A DNA stretch of 64,000 nt from Eukaryota sp. TZLM1-RC (Eukaryota; Protista; Metamonada: BaSk clade): the NCBI GenBank assembly GCA_040285825.1, contig JAUPSS010000005.1, forward strand, positions 558,001-622,000, written 5' to 3'. Positions within the stretch are counted from its first letter, which is position 1; each line of letters begins with the position of its first letter. The notes under the pieces are model-generated. The model saw only the letters and a list, made by a program, of their open reading frames with translations. It was not told the DNA's origin and ran no database searches. Below are positions 45,470-57,847 of this stretch, one piece after another. Both the position numbers and the translations under genes were made by a program.

Positions 45470-46484
45470 TTATTGAATTTGCACACTTAATTAAATTAAC
45501 TCATAACTAATGGGACGACTATCATTGAACCAAGATTTCCTCTACAAAATCTTGATCTGCTTGCTGTCTAGCTAAAGCTTCTCTTATTCGATTGAAAAAC
45601 CGAGGTAATCTATTAATAATGGCAAATTGAATATGTGAACGCCATAAAAAAATATCAAATCTTTTCATTGTTTTTTCTTGCACCATTTTTTGGAAGTCAT
45701 TCAAAAAAGTTTCTGCTTCATCTGATAATCTTCCATTTATCGAAAATGGGAAAGCAATAAAAACCAGCTGTGTATTTCTATCGACATTAGCCTCCTCAAT
45801 ATCTTTATCATATTTTCTATGTTTCTCTTTTGCTTTAAAATCAAGAGCAGCCACAGTATTAAGTTTTCTTCTGTGAACCAAAGTATCATTTGCAACATTA
45901 CATGAGACAAAGTCAACAATAGCTTCAGAATTATCAATCCAATCACAGTATACATCACCTCTATCATCAGAATCAAAATTATTCAGAAAAAGCGTTTCCT
46001 TCAGCAGAGGCTCTTTGATACAAGATATTCTTGCAGTTTGTGCCATATTGAAAACAGTGTCTCTAACAGCATCCTGTGATGAAGAACGATAAGTTATCAA
46101 TTTAGAACAATTCAGAGCATGGCGCAAAGTGAGTTGAGGTGAATTCGAACAAATACATTTTTCTTTTGATAAAAATTGATTAATGGGGATATTCAAATAT
46201 AATCTCATTTTTGTTACAAATGCTTCATTAGTGGCACACAATCCAAATCTTTGTGGGACAATGGTTACAAAAAGTGAAGAATCTGATGACTTGTGTTTAC
46301 ATACACCCTTTTCCAATAATAATGAGTGAAGATCTTGATTTAAAACAGCCAAGATGCATATATTATTATAAAGATTATTTTCATACATTCCAGTCAATCG
46401 TTTCTGTAATGTTCGAAGAAAAATGATGTTTTGATAAATGACAACATTACACTCGAAAATAGAGATTCTAAATGAATGTTTCAA
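45470..46484 (-). mobile_element. 5'-truncated RLE retrotransposon (family A) with open ORF
   Basis: CIC..HALNC knuckle and RGDVYCDW..IVDFV..KAKEKHRKY endonuclease; short 3' UTR ending AATAAA. Confidence 0.9.
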
Positions 46485-46651
46485 GTTTTATAAAGTAGAA
46501 AAATTTGTGACAAGTTGGGTTCAATGATAAGACCTTATCTATTGGTCACCAGTACGATCAAATGCGAGGACTTGGAGCGAATCAATTTGAATCTATTAAA
46601 TTGGGGATATTGGGGATAAGTGTTTTAAACTTTGGGCTCTCTTCACTGTTT

Positions 46652-47155
46652 ATGCAGTACTCGAGGTTTGCACTTCTGACAGAACCTCTGACGTCACCTA
46701 CACCTTCTCAGGCAAGTCCAACACTAGATGATGTTCTTGAGCGTCTTCGTGACCTTTTTCCCATTTCTCCGCCACCTCTGACTGCACAAAAAACATTGGA
46801 CAGTGATTCTCCCCAGTCACCTATATCTCCAATTTCCTCTCATCATCCTTCATCCAGAAGCGTTTCCCCATCTCAAACTCCATCTCCACATCGCAACAAT
46901 GCACAACACAACACGCCTAGCTCCAATGTTGAAAGTGACAGAATCAAGATAAAATGGAGACAACGCCAAATTCAATACGGCAAGTCTACCCCTGGCTATG
47001 CCAGATACCTTCAAGAAGTTCCCAAGCATCTCCGGCAACCGCACCATCCCAAAACACCACCGCTGGATTTGAAAATCTCCAAGAAAAAATGGGGTTACAT
47101 GTGTTCAATGTGGAGGAGAGCATTGCATACGTATGATTCGGCAGATGATGGTTGA
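46652..47155 (+). CDS. SLBP: Histone RNA stem-loop-binding protein
   Basis: RQRQIQYGKSTPGYARY..VPK..R..HPKTP..SKKKW....WRRALH is the SLBP RNA-binding domain. Start codon uncertain (46562 also possible). Confidence 0.88.
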   Translation: MQYSRFALLTEPLTSPTPSQASPTLDDVLERLRDLFPISPPPLTAQKTLDSDSPQSPISPISSHHPSSRSVSPSQTPSPHRNNAQHNTPSSNVESDRIKIKWRQRQIQYGKSTPGYARYLQEVPKHLRQPHHPKTPPLDLKISKKKWGYMCSMWRRALHTYDSADDG

Positions 47156-47375
47156 GGGGTGGGTAATTTATCCATATTGCAGGACATTAGAGTTTTTCAA
47201 TTCTATGTTCATTTTTAGCTTTTCATCAATAGAGTTTTTCAACTCTTTGAATAAAATATTTTTTTTCTAGATTGTTTTGTCTATATAAATTTATAAAAAT
47301 CTTTATGAATACTGAAAGAAGAATACAAATTAATAAATAAAGATATGTACATTGAAAACTGTCCGAATCTAAATA

Positions 47376-47675
47376 CTATAACTTAAGGTGGCATTTTGGA
47401 AGTTGCTTGATAATATGTTCAACCTTATGGCCTCTACGTAACCCTTTGGCAATGGTGGTCTTATATGGTAGAATGCAGTCATTACAGAAACGTTTAAATC
47501 GTCCTATAGATTCTTCACAGTAGCGTTCTACATCAGATTCTATGTTCTGGGAAGATGAACGGGAGACTTGAGTTTGAATACGTTCAACAGCAGCATGTCT
47601 CACAGAATCCCAGTTTTCATGGGTTGCAATGGTCAAAGAGAATAGCAAAAACAGAGGAAGAAGAGATGTGTGCAT
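47376..47675 (-). CDS. Small secreted saposin-like protein (degenerate)
   Basis: Signal peptide; IxxxVxxYC..FC...PY...I...L..G....I...L..C spacing resembles the saposin B fold, but the first Cys pair is missing. Confidence 0.5.
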   Translation of the reverse strand: MHTSLLPLFLLFSLTIATHENWDSVRHAAVERIQTQVSRSSSQNIESDVERYCEESIGRFKRFCNDCILPYKTTIAKGLRRGHKVEHIIKQLPKCHLKL

Positions 47676-47734
47676 CGGACACAATTCAAGCTGCAAAAAG
47701 GCAAAATCCATTTCATTTCATTATCATTTTTGTG

Positions 47735-48250
47735 CGTCAATTGTCACCTGAAAATGAAGATGATAATACTTTCGAAAAAGGCCGTGCTGATTTAATTACT
47801 CCCGGGTCTGATGGTGTAATCAAAGTTGATATTGCCACTGTTGATGTTTGTAAAGAATCAGAATTGCTTTTGCTAAAAAGGATGACACTCCATTTTTCTT
47901 TGCTGGAAAGAGCAAAATCAAAAAGTACAAAGAGCCTTTACCTCAGCTTGGGTCATTTGCTGTTTCTCTTTTTCGTAACATTGGAATATCTGGTATTAAT
48001 TTTTTCGGAGGTTACAGATTTTTAATAAAAGAAAGAGCAGGAAAACAACTGAACTTCAATTTCTGGCACAATAGAGTTGTTTTTAGTATACTGAAAGCCA
48101 TTCTAGAAATGATAACCAAAGCACTGTTACAATTAGGAATAGTGTATGAAAATATTGCACTAAAAATATTTGATAATGTTGATGCGTGCATTGAAGATAT
48201 TGAATTTTAGTTTTTTGCTTAATTTTTCTGTTTGCGTTTGAAAATAAATG
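47735..48250 (+). mobile_element. Decayed 3' fragment of RLE retrotransposon (family C)
   Basis: RQLSP..GRADLITPG..VDI and FWHNRVVF..ACIEDIEF; paralog of 4400-4935. Confidence 0.8.
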
Positions 48251-49469
48251 AAACTTAAAAAAAGTTGATTGAACATTTGAATCAGACTAATTTTGCATTT
48301 TGCACACAAATTCACTTCTTTCTTCTAAGTATTTGAAGTTGTTCTTGTTCAGCATTGAAAAACACATTTTGCCAACAATTTTTGTCAAATAATCAGTAAA
48401 TAAATAAATAAATAATCAGTTCCGTGATTATTTTGTCTCCTTGTGATAAACACCTTTACATGATTTCCCGTTTATACAAGGTACAAATGCATGCGAACCC
48501 AACACCCGCAGCTGAAGAAATGATTCACGTTAAGATTCACGTTGTGGTTGCTGAACAAGCTAGAAAACTTAATGCCAAAGGATACAATTTTGGCAAAGTA
48601 CTTTTGTTTACTTTCCATCATTCAATAGGATTACTAATCAACTGAGTTGATCCCTTAGATAGAAATTTGTCAAATTCATCATATCATTTATTGATTCTCT
48701 GTTGGAATTTCTTTCGCGATTATCAACTCTTGCAAAATGAGACATGTCTTTTGATCGGGGTCAAAAGTTGGTGGGTCTGTATTTAAACATCTTCAGAATG
48801 GTCAACGTCTAGGAAAATGATGTTAGTGAACGAATTCCATGATGTAATTTCTTATTTATTGCATCTATTTATTTCCGTTGGAAAATGTTTAATGAAAAAC
48901 ACTGGTTCACTGTAGCATTTCTCCATGAACAATGGCTGTTACATCTAGAACAATGTTTCAACTCACCAATTTGATTATTTCAACGTTATTTCGCGTATTT
49001 TGCTTGAAGCGGGAAGAATTATGCATACGATCCATAAAAAATCGGATGAATTGTCATGTTTAGCTACATGAACAACACACCGGTTGATCAATGAGCAGAA
49101 ATATATTTCTTTTTTTAAAACAGCAGCAGCAGCTTTTTAGAGCATTATCACTAACAACACTGAATATTTTGAAAATTCGAAACTCCTGGCCCACTTGATG
49201 AATCAAATCAGGTGATTGCTCAAGATTCAGGGGAAGTTTTCATTGAAAACCAGTAATGGTGACCCGTACCATCTGATGATTTTAGGATTTAAAGTGCATT
49301 GTGGATGCAAGAAATGGTGTATTTGAAAAATAGATCCTTGTACCTGGCTTGCTATAGCTTAGTGTTAGCGTCATGTTTGTCTTTGAATTGGCTAATGTGT
49401 GACACCTAATAGTTCTTTTACTGTTTTTAGAAATATATTTACCAAATACCGAATCAAATATCATCAAAT

Positions 49470-50320
49470 ACACAATTAAAGCTCCACATCCTCACAACAT
49501 GCCTCCCCTACATCGAAACAGTTAAGTACTAAAGATTCAGAAAATTTACCAAAAGAAGAAAGTGAATTAGAAATTTACTCCACCTTATTCCCTGATAACT
49601 TGAAAATACAGTCCTGTTTTGCCAGTAAACACGATCAAAAACTCTTCCAGTCTTTTCCTTTACAACTACATTGAAATGCTCAAGGAAACCCAAAGTGAAC
49701 TTACCTAAAGAACCGAGCAAAGAAAAAACAAAGGGGCATAAATAATTTTGGGTATGTGTGATTTCATTAACAGAAGAAAAAGGTTTCGCATATTTAGCAA
49801 TTTTGGTTTTTTTCCAAGCAAGAAGAGGATTATTGACATCTGAATTTATGAAATGTTCGTTTGGGAAATTACAAGGGTCAAAAGACATGGCGTCTAAAAT
49901 AGTAAAACTACCATTTAAACCGGGAACAACTAAATCTCCTTTTGTCTTGTCTTTACCCATAGACGTTCTAATATAGGGCGTACTACCAATATTGAAGTCA
50001 TGAAGAATTAATTTTGATAACAAAGGCTCTAAAGAGGAATCTATTCGATGCGACTTACACATTACATAAATTTGGTCCCTGACATTATTATACACTTTAC
50101 TTCTCAATGTCATAAAATGTTTACAGTTCAAAAAATGACTAAACAAAAGAGGTTTACCACATTTACATGTTAAATGATAAGGCAAATTTTTTGGCCATAG
50201 AAAACAACGAAAACGCATGTTTAAAAGCCATTCATTGTTTTTTAAAAGAAATCGATAAAATGAAGGAGTTGGAATAACCATAGCAGCAGCAGAATTATTA
50301 CGAATGTCTTTTAAAAATAG
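49470..50320 (-). mobile_element. 3' fragment of RLE retrotransposon (family B)
   Basis: CKCGK..HFLNC, KGDLVVPG..ILDA..KIAKY and YWQNR motifs. Confidence 0.87.
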
Positions 50321-50999
50321 TTCTGTAATATGTTCAGGAGAATTGACTTCTGGTGTGCTACCCAGCCATTCCTTGTTTTATTTTTCACATTCAGTCTTTA
50401 ATCTACCCATGGCCACACGCGTTTTGTTCGATGGTTTTCAATCAACGTGACTACAATAAGTACAAGTGTCTACTCTTTCTGGCTAGGACCAAATCTAGTA
50501 TTTCCAAACGTGAGATGTATTTTATCTTTGGCACACTTACTGCTCTTCATTGTCTGATACACTCACAGCAACCTCAATAATTTTGATTTCGGTCATTCAA
50601 ACAAGTTCAGTTGCAACTGACTACTTTCCTAACAAGATTTCTCCGTTTCTATTTTCCATTTCCCAATATATTTTCCCATTTGATTTTTCCATATATAGCA
50701 GCACGTGCAGCAAAAGATAGTAGTTCGTTAGTCTTGGTTGTTTTTATGGTGTTTTTTTGTTTTTGTTTTTGTATTTTTGACTGTTGTTATGAAATTATTT
50801 GTTTTCTTTTTTAGTAATTCTTTCTTTTACAACTGTGGGGTTTGCAAGCAAAGGTAGTTTTTATCAACGACTGACTACGGAATGACGGGTGTTTGTACCA
50901 AGAAAGTGAAACGTAAATCACATTCGGGATAAATCAATGATGACGTGCCATAACTTAATACAATAAACTATTTAACAACAAATTAATTATTTGATTTTT

Positions 51000-53340
51000 T
51001 CACTGCTAATCCTATTACTTGTGATGAAGTTAGTGTAGCTATTAAAGGACTTCCGTCTGGTCGTTCTGCTGGGCCTTCTGGACTTAGTTATGATCATTTG
51101 AAGTCGGCAGTCAACATATGTCCAGAAATCGTGGATGATTTAGTTTTCTTTTTTAATAGTGTCATCATGGGACGTTTCAAGTGACCACAAGCGTTAACGG
51201 CATCTCGTTTAGTTGCTTTAAATAAGCCTGGAGGTGGTGTCAGACCTATTGCTGTTGGTGAGTCCATAATGAGATTATTAGCAATTATTTCTTTTAAAAG
51301 AGTTAAGTCATCCGCAATTAATTTTTTTCGTCCTTATCAGTTTGCTATCGGAATTCCTGATGGCACAACTTGTGCTGCGTTGTGTACAGATTTACTTTTC
51401 AATCAAAAAGGCGAAAATTATTTATTGAACATTGATTTTAAAAATGCTTTCAACTCGGTTTTTCGCTCCAGTATTTTGCAAGAACTTGAACTACATTATC
51501 CTCCACTTTTGCCGTATTTTAAATTGATGTATGGATCACCCTCTAACTTAATTTTTCATTCTGAGAATATTGTTTCGTCAAGAGGCGTCAAACAAGGGGA
51601 TCCATTGGGTCCATTTTTCTTTTGTTTAGCACTGCAATCAGTTTTGGTAAAATTTAAGTCGGATTTTCCTGACATTCATATATGTGCTTATGCAGATGAT
51701 TTATCACTTATCGGCCCTTTGTCTCTTTTACAACACGGTTTACAACATTTTGTTTTTCTAGCCAAACAAATAGGGTTAGATATTAAATTGCCCAAGTGTT
51801 TCATTATTGGTAATCAGCATGCGGAGGTGGCATTTAATGAAACTTTTATCAAATACGTTGATTACGAGGAAGATGGTATTCGGTTTCTTGGATCTTATTT
51901 TGGAAATTGTGAAAATGTTAAATCGATTTTGTCAGGTATTTTGGAAAAAATCGAAGAGCAACTTTTAGCTATTCAAGATCTAGAAATTGACAAACATTTA
52001 GCGTTTTCGGTCCTAAATGTGTGTTTTGGATCAAAAATTAATCATCTTCTTCGTTCTTTATCTCCCACAATTTCTCATGATTTTGCACGTCAATTCAATA
52101 CTTTGAGAACAAATTTCTTAGGAAATTTAGTGGAAGTTTGTCCATCTAAAATTCCTTATCATGTATTTTTTAGTCCTAAATTTGGTGGAGTTGGTTTTTC
52201 AAAAGCAGAGTATTTACGCAAGAGTGCTTTTATTGGTGGTATGAAAAATTTTCTTTTTGAATGGAAACTTCGTTTTGATCATATTCCTTTGAATGAATCA
52301 CATCCTTTATTAATTTCTCTTGAAAAAATGGTGCAAGAACTACCTGTTGCTGTTTGGAATAGGAGTTTTCCTTCAAGTTTGCCTGCTGTGCCTTCGAGAT
52401 CTTTCACCAATCTTCATCTTGCTGTTGTGAAATTACAGAAGTCTGTTCTTATTGGTTTTGAAGACCTGGATTTTTCTAAACGACTTAGTGTGACTAAGAT
52501 TAATAATCGCGTCTTTGCTGCCTTTTTATCAGACATTCAGAACTGTACTAGTTTAATATCTCAGCAACCAAGGCCATTTGGTCTTCACTTAACAAATGAA
52601 GCTTGGAAACAAAACATGCGGTTGAGATTAGGGATGTATCCAAGTGGTCTTTTGGACAATTCTTATTGTATTTGTAACAAAAAACCTACTGCCAATTTCC
52701 TTCATATTGTGAGCTGTAAGAAATTTCTCCAATATAGGTCAGTTCTTCATAATGCCGTTCGTGATGTGACATATGAGATGTTCAAGTGTTACAATTTTAG
52801 TTGCAAAGTAGAACCTTTGTTGAAGCATTATAGTGATGATAATCTGTTTAATTCACGTCGAGATGATTTAATTGCTCCTTTTGTGGATTCCTCTCAAGTT
52901 GTTGTTGATTTCACTACAGTTGATCCCTTTGCTTTTGTTTATCGCGATGATGTTTTACTTAGTACTAATGGTCATTTAAACAAGGCTGAAGATCGTAAGA
53001 GAGATAAATATACTGAGATATTAAATGATTTAAATAAGAACCTTTATTCGAAGTTTTCGTTTGTTCCTTTTGCCTTTTCGATTTTTGGCAACCTTGGACA
53101 ATCCGCCTTGAATTTCATCAATGATTTTGGTAATTTATGTCGTTCAAGTGGTAAGAATTTTGCAGGGAATTTATGGAAGAATCGTATCATTTTCGCTTTG
53201 TACAGAAGTGTTCCCAAGTACTTGAGTTTAATGATGTCCAAATTTTATAAGGATTCATCAAGAGTTGGTGTGGAGAATTTAGTTTCTTATGTGTTTTAGT
53301 TCGTTTTGTTTTTGTTTTTATTTGATTCCTCGTAGAAAAC
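51000..53340 (+). mobile_element. Near-complete RT + RLE non-LTR retrotransposon (CRE-like, family E), 5'-truncated
   Basis: GRSAGPSG and KPGGGVRPIAVG upstream (in-frame TGA near 51182). DFKNAFN, GVKQGDPLGP, YADD, FLGS and FGGVG in RT. CIC..HIVSC..HNAVRD and RDD..VVDFT..KRDKY in the endonuclease region. Confidence 0.93.
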
Positions 53341-55192
53341 AAATTAAATTAAATTAACTTATTAATTATTATTAAATTATTCATTATTATCAATTTACTT
53401 AACGCTGTCAGCCTACACAATTACAGAACAAGAGTTTTGAAAGTCGTTTTCTTCTATATATTGTTTAACCATGTTATTCGTATCTTGGGACAAGCCAGTG
53501 GTGTACATGTGTTTTAATGATAAATTGAGTATATTAGTTTCATCATTTATTGATAAAACTCATTATTCTGCGTATTAAATTTGATCAAAATTATTTATTT
53601 AATGACTATTGTTTTTATATTATCTGCAACAACAAGCCTATTGATTCCCTACTTCTGGTCATAAAAATTCCCAAAAAACTGAAATTATTATAATTGTATT
53701 CATGATTATTTTGATTCTCTAGAATCATCCAGCAGCATAATTATATCCCAAAAAGTGTTTCTGTAGTGTTGCTCTTCGTGGACTTGACATAATTTGAATC
53801 ATGATTATTTTGAATGGAAGTCATGCATCTGATGTTGGTTATTTTGTACTTAATGGTATTGAACCAGTGAAAAAGATGTGTCTTTTTTCTGGAAGACAAA
53901 GTTATACTTGAAAGTGGATATTAAATACTCGATAAAGTTATACAGTTCATTCATTACACAGGCTTTGAAAACCACGTAATTGATGAGATATATCACTAGA
54001 AGATAATCAATGGACAGAGATGAACCGCACAAGGTCCTTACCTAAGGAAAAAGTTTGATAATTCTATTGAAAAAGCTGTTTATAAGGTCTTTTTAATTGA
54101 TGATTTTCGAACCAGTTGCTGTTGTTTCAGCTGTAAGAAAGCGGAGAAAACAATTGAAACATTCCGACGGTGCAGAAATCCAAGGCCATGGAAGAGACAT
54201 GAGCTGTCTATTGTCATTGGGTGTAGTAGATGTAAATCATGCGAAAGTTTGTGCAATGAGAGATCGAAGTGCTGGTTGTACTTCAAACTCCTTACAACGT
54301 GTAAAAATTGGGGTAAACATTGATCTACCCGTATTGGCCCAGGTAAATTTGCCTCAAGACCAATCTTTGTTCCCAATACTAGATCAATGTAATTTTCCGT
54401 TTGCGAATTATCCACGAGGCCAATTCTCAAAGGGTTTTGGTAGTACCTTTTTTTTTGGTTCTGGAACCTGTTCGTAGTGGTAAAGAACATTTCCTCATAA
54501 ATTAGTGGCAATGTCTTTTCACAATGGCAGGAAGTAGAAAAGCTTCAGATTGATCACTGCATCTAGAAGTAAATGAATGAAAGATATAATGCATAGTTTG
54601 ATTACCTTCAACTAGATGTAACTCAACTAAGCCAAAAACTTGTAGAACATCAGGAGTCAATAGACGTGTGATAGGCAGAAATCATCACAATAATGGAGGA
54701 ACGGGTGTCATTTATTAGTTCCACCATTGATTATTGGCAAAATGATGATCATGCAACATTTAAGTTTTGATAACACAACCTTTGTCTCTGGTCATCCAAT
54801 GAGTTGGTAATGAGGACTTCTTTATTAGCATAAGAAATTGCTTGAATTACCTACTGGTCAAAGATCGTGATACAACAAAAAGAATGGTCAACTTCTTCCA
54901 CTCAGAAAACATTGTTCTCACTGGTAACATTTGTGTACTTAAAGATGAATGAGTTGTGACTGAGTGGAACAAGACCTGGACTCATCTGCTGATTGTCTAC
55001 TCAGCGGTGACTAAACATTCAAGTCAGTGAAGTCAATCACATCTGTGATCTATATATAAATAATATGTATTGTCAAACATTTCTGGAAAATACACAGCCT
55101 TTGCTCTGAAAAATACAAGAAATACATTGTATTTGGGTTTTCCAGGTATGATGTCAAATATATCTGTCACACAAATTTTGATTTCAACCATC

Positions 55193-57847
55193 ATGACTCC
55201 AACCGTCTGGTTGCTTTTACCACTATTGACTCTTTCGATCGCCAATGAAGTTCATCTTGTATATCAATTTAACTACACTCAAACGATCCTCTGGTCCGAT
55301 GCATCCTCTTGGAATCCATATCCTCCTACCAGTGATTCAATCGTCTACGTAAATGGTTTCGGCAGAAAACCGATCCTCTTGGTCGACACACCACCTCTGT
55401 TGCACTCTCTTCACCTATCCAATGTTACCTTATTTGTTGACGAAGAAGATGTAGAGATACCAGGAAAGCTTACATGTACAGATTCTGTTATTGAGTCTTT
55501 AACTGATGGTCAAGTCAATCTAACAACTGCTGATTTTGAAGTTCCTTGGAAAACTGAATTAATCAAGGCGAATTTGGTAATTCAAGAATTTGGTCACCTT
55601 AAAGATGAATTGTCTTTAACAAACTCAAAGTTGTTAATTGATGAAGGTGCTCGGGTTGTCCTTGATACCTCTGACCAATTGCTAGCATGGGGTTTTGGTG
55701 GATGGGGTAGAACTGGTACTGGCAATACTGATAATCCACATAACACACTACGAGTAATCACAGACGAAGAGTTTGTTGCAATTGCAGGTGAAGTGTTTGC
55801 GTTTATTGCCGGAGGATGGTCTCATACTCTGGGTATCACTAGTGAAGGTACTCTTCTTGCTTGGGGCAATAATTTCCATTCTCAATTAGGTTTGGGTCAC
55901 AATAAGGTCAAACATTTTCCCACTCAAGTCAGTTCATTATCCAACGTGGTTCAGATTTCTGCTGGTGGTTACCATAATCTAGTGAGGCTTGAAGATGATA
56001 CTGTTTGGTCTTGGGGAAGTGGTTGGGATGGACAATTAGGTCATGGTGATACAAATGACCAACTTTTGCCCAAAAGAATCGAATCATTGTCCGACGCTAT
56101 TGATGTATCTGCTGGTTATTACCATTCACTAGCAGTATTGTCTGATGGCACTGTTAAGGCTTGGGGATGGGGTGCTTCTGGAGCTCTTGGTGATGGTAAT
56201 TCGTCATCAAGTGTAATGCATCCAGTTGATGTCTTAATCAATATACAAGTCAAGAAAGTTGAAGGTTGCTTCGAACATTCTTTATTTATCACTGAGCACA
56301 ATGAATTGATGACTTCTGGTGCTAATACGTGGGGATCGCTTTGTGTTGGAGATCAAAACCATACAAACATTCCTGAATTAATAGCCGATTCCTCACTGTA
56401 CAGGGTGACCCAAGCTAGTTGTGGTTCTTCTTACACAGTGTTCCTTACTGAAGAAGGTGATGTTTATAGTTGTGGGCGATATTTAGGAAGATCTCCCGAC
56501 ACAATACCCCGACATACTCCTGGAAAAGTTGAAGGTTTATCTGAGGTTAGAAGTATTGTTGGTGGACTCTATACTGTTTTTGCTGTCGATTTCAATAATG
56601 TTTTATTTAGTTGGGAAAGTGGAGATGAAACGGCTTCCCCCACTACTGAAACTCTTGGTTACGAAGTAGTTGATGTTTATGCTGGATGGAGTCATTATTT
56701 TGTCACAACACCTTCTACACCTTGTATCAAATCTGATCAAAATTCATTACTTGAAGTAAATGGTGAAGTATTCAATGATTTATCAACTGATTTGTTTTTG
56801 AATAGTACAATTCATATCAACCCTAACGGAATTGTTACTTCGGATTATGGTGGTATTATGTTATTTAGTTTTGTTCAAAATGCAGGTTTTATTAATTCAT
56901 TTGGTGAGCTATATTTAGAATACCCTGCATCATTGGTGCTTTCAAATGGTGAAATTAGGAGCTCTTCTCTGGTTGTTAATTCAAACGATAGCATCATTAC
57001 TGGTTTTGGTTTTGTTAATGCAACATTAGTCAATGATGGTACTTTGAATCCCACTGGTTTACTTCATATTAGACACAACTTGATCTTATCAAATGAATCT
57101 CAATTAGTTTTTACTAATGAAGAAGGTTATTATGGTCAATTATACGTAGAAGAAGCCCTGGAAGTGGGTGGTTTTTTAAAAGTCAACTACACTCATGAAG
57201 CGCTATTTCAAGGTCAAGTTTTCAATTTAATTTCTTTTGCCGACAGGTTTTCTGATTTCCAAGATGTTGCTATTCAATGTGAAGACTTTTTCAATTTCAA
57301 TCTCACATTAACTGAATTGGATTTATACGTTCTTCATAATTTTGAAGGTTTGCTTAATGGAACTTGTCCAGTTCTTCCTACTGATGATCCCATTGATGAC
57401 CCCAGTTATGACCCTACACAGAATTACACAGTGGAAAGTATCCTTGTAATTATTTCAGTTATCGTGTTCGCATTTGGATTATGGTTTGTGATCAAGCAAT
57501 TTAAAAAGAACAAAGTTTCAGCTTTCAAGTCAGATCCTTCTTCGTTATCAGTATTGCCTACAGCAATGAAACCAATTGTGTCAGAGCCTTCAACCCAACC
57601 ACTATTTCAGGGTAACTTAGAATCATCAAATGGGGGACGCGGATTGGGGAAGGAAGTCAAAATAGAAGTCACTCAGGGGAGCCAACATGCAAATTCATCA
57701 GAAGTTGACTCAAAATCTAGCCCTACAGCTGATCAATTTTCTCGACATGTAGTCACTGGTAGAGTACCAGCGTCACAACTGCGAATTGATGAAGACATAA
57801 CGTATCAATCGAACAACAATGTCCCAAATTTTGTTATTGATGACTAG
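55193..57847 (+). CDS. Type I membrane protein with extracellular RCC1/BLIP-II repeats and beta-helix-like segments
   Basis: Signal peptide MTPTVWLLLPLLTLSIA; repeats (AG.YH...G.V..WG....GQLG.G); single TM ILVIISVIVFAFGLWFVI; S/P-rich tail. Confidence 0.85.
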   Translation: MTPTVWLLLPLLTLSIANEVHLVYQFNYTQTILWSDASSWNPYPPTSDSIVYVNGFGRKPILLVDTPPLLHSLHLSNVTLFVDEEDVEIPGKLTCTDSVIESLTDGQVNLTTADFEVPWKTELIKANLVIQEFGHLKDELSLTNSKLLIDEGARVVLDTSDQLLAWGFGGWGRTGTGNTDNPHNTLRVITDEEFVAIAGEVFAFIAGGWSHTLGITSEGTLLAWGNNFHSQLGLGHNKVKHFPTQVSSLSNVVQISAGGYHNLVRLEDDTVWSWGSGWDGQLGHGDTNDQLLPKRIESLSDAIDVSAGYYHSLAVLSDGTVKAWGWGASGALGDGNSSSSVMHPVDVLINIQVKKVEGCFEHSLFITEHNELMTSGANTWGSLCVGDQNHTNIPELIADSSLYRVTQASCGSSYTVFLTEEGDVYSCGRYLGRSPDTIPRHTPGKVEGLSEVRSIVGGLYTVFAVDFNNVLFSWESGDETASPTTETLGYEVVDVYAGWSHYFVTTPSTPCIKSDQNSLLEVNGEVFNDLSTDLFLNSTIHINPNGIVTSDYGGIMLFSFVQNAGFINSFGELYLEYPASLVLSNGEIRSSSLVVNSNDSIITGFGFVNATLVNDGTLNPTGLLHIRHNLILSNESQLVFTNEEGYYGQLYVEEALEVGGFLKVNYTHEALFQGQVFNLISFADRFSDFQDVAIQCEDFFNFNLTLTELDLYVLHNFEGLLNGTCPVLPTDDPIDDPSYDPTQNYTVESILVIISVIVFAFGLWFVIKQFKKNKVSAFKSDPSSLSVLPTAMKPIVSEPSTQPLFQGNLESSNGGRGLGKEVKIEVTQGSQHANSSEVDSKSSPTADQFSRHVVTGRVPASQLRIDEDITYQSNNNVPNFVIDD

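Noticed and set aside
53850-55050. ORFs 54080..54511 and 54097..54477
   Set aside because: No recognisable motif and surrounded by stops; probably decayed repeat DNA.
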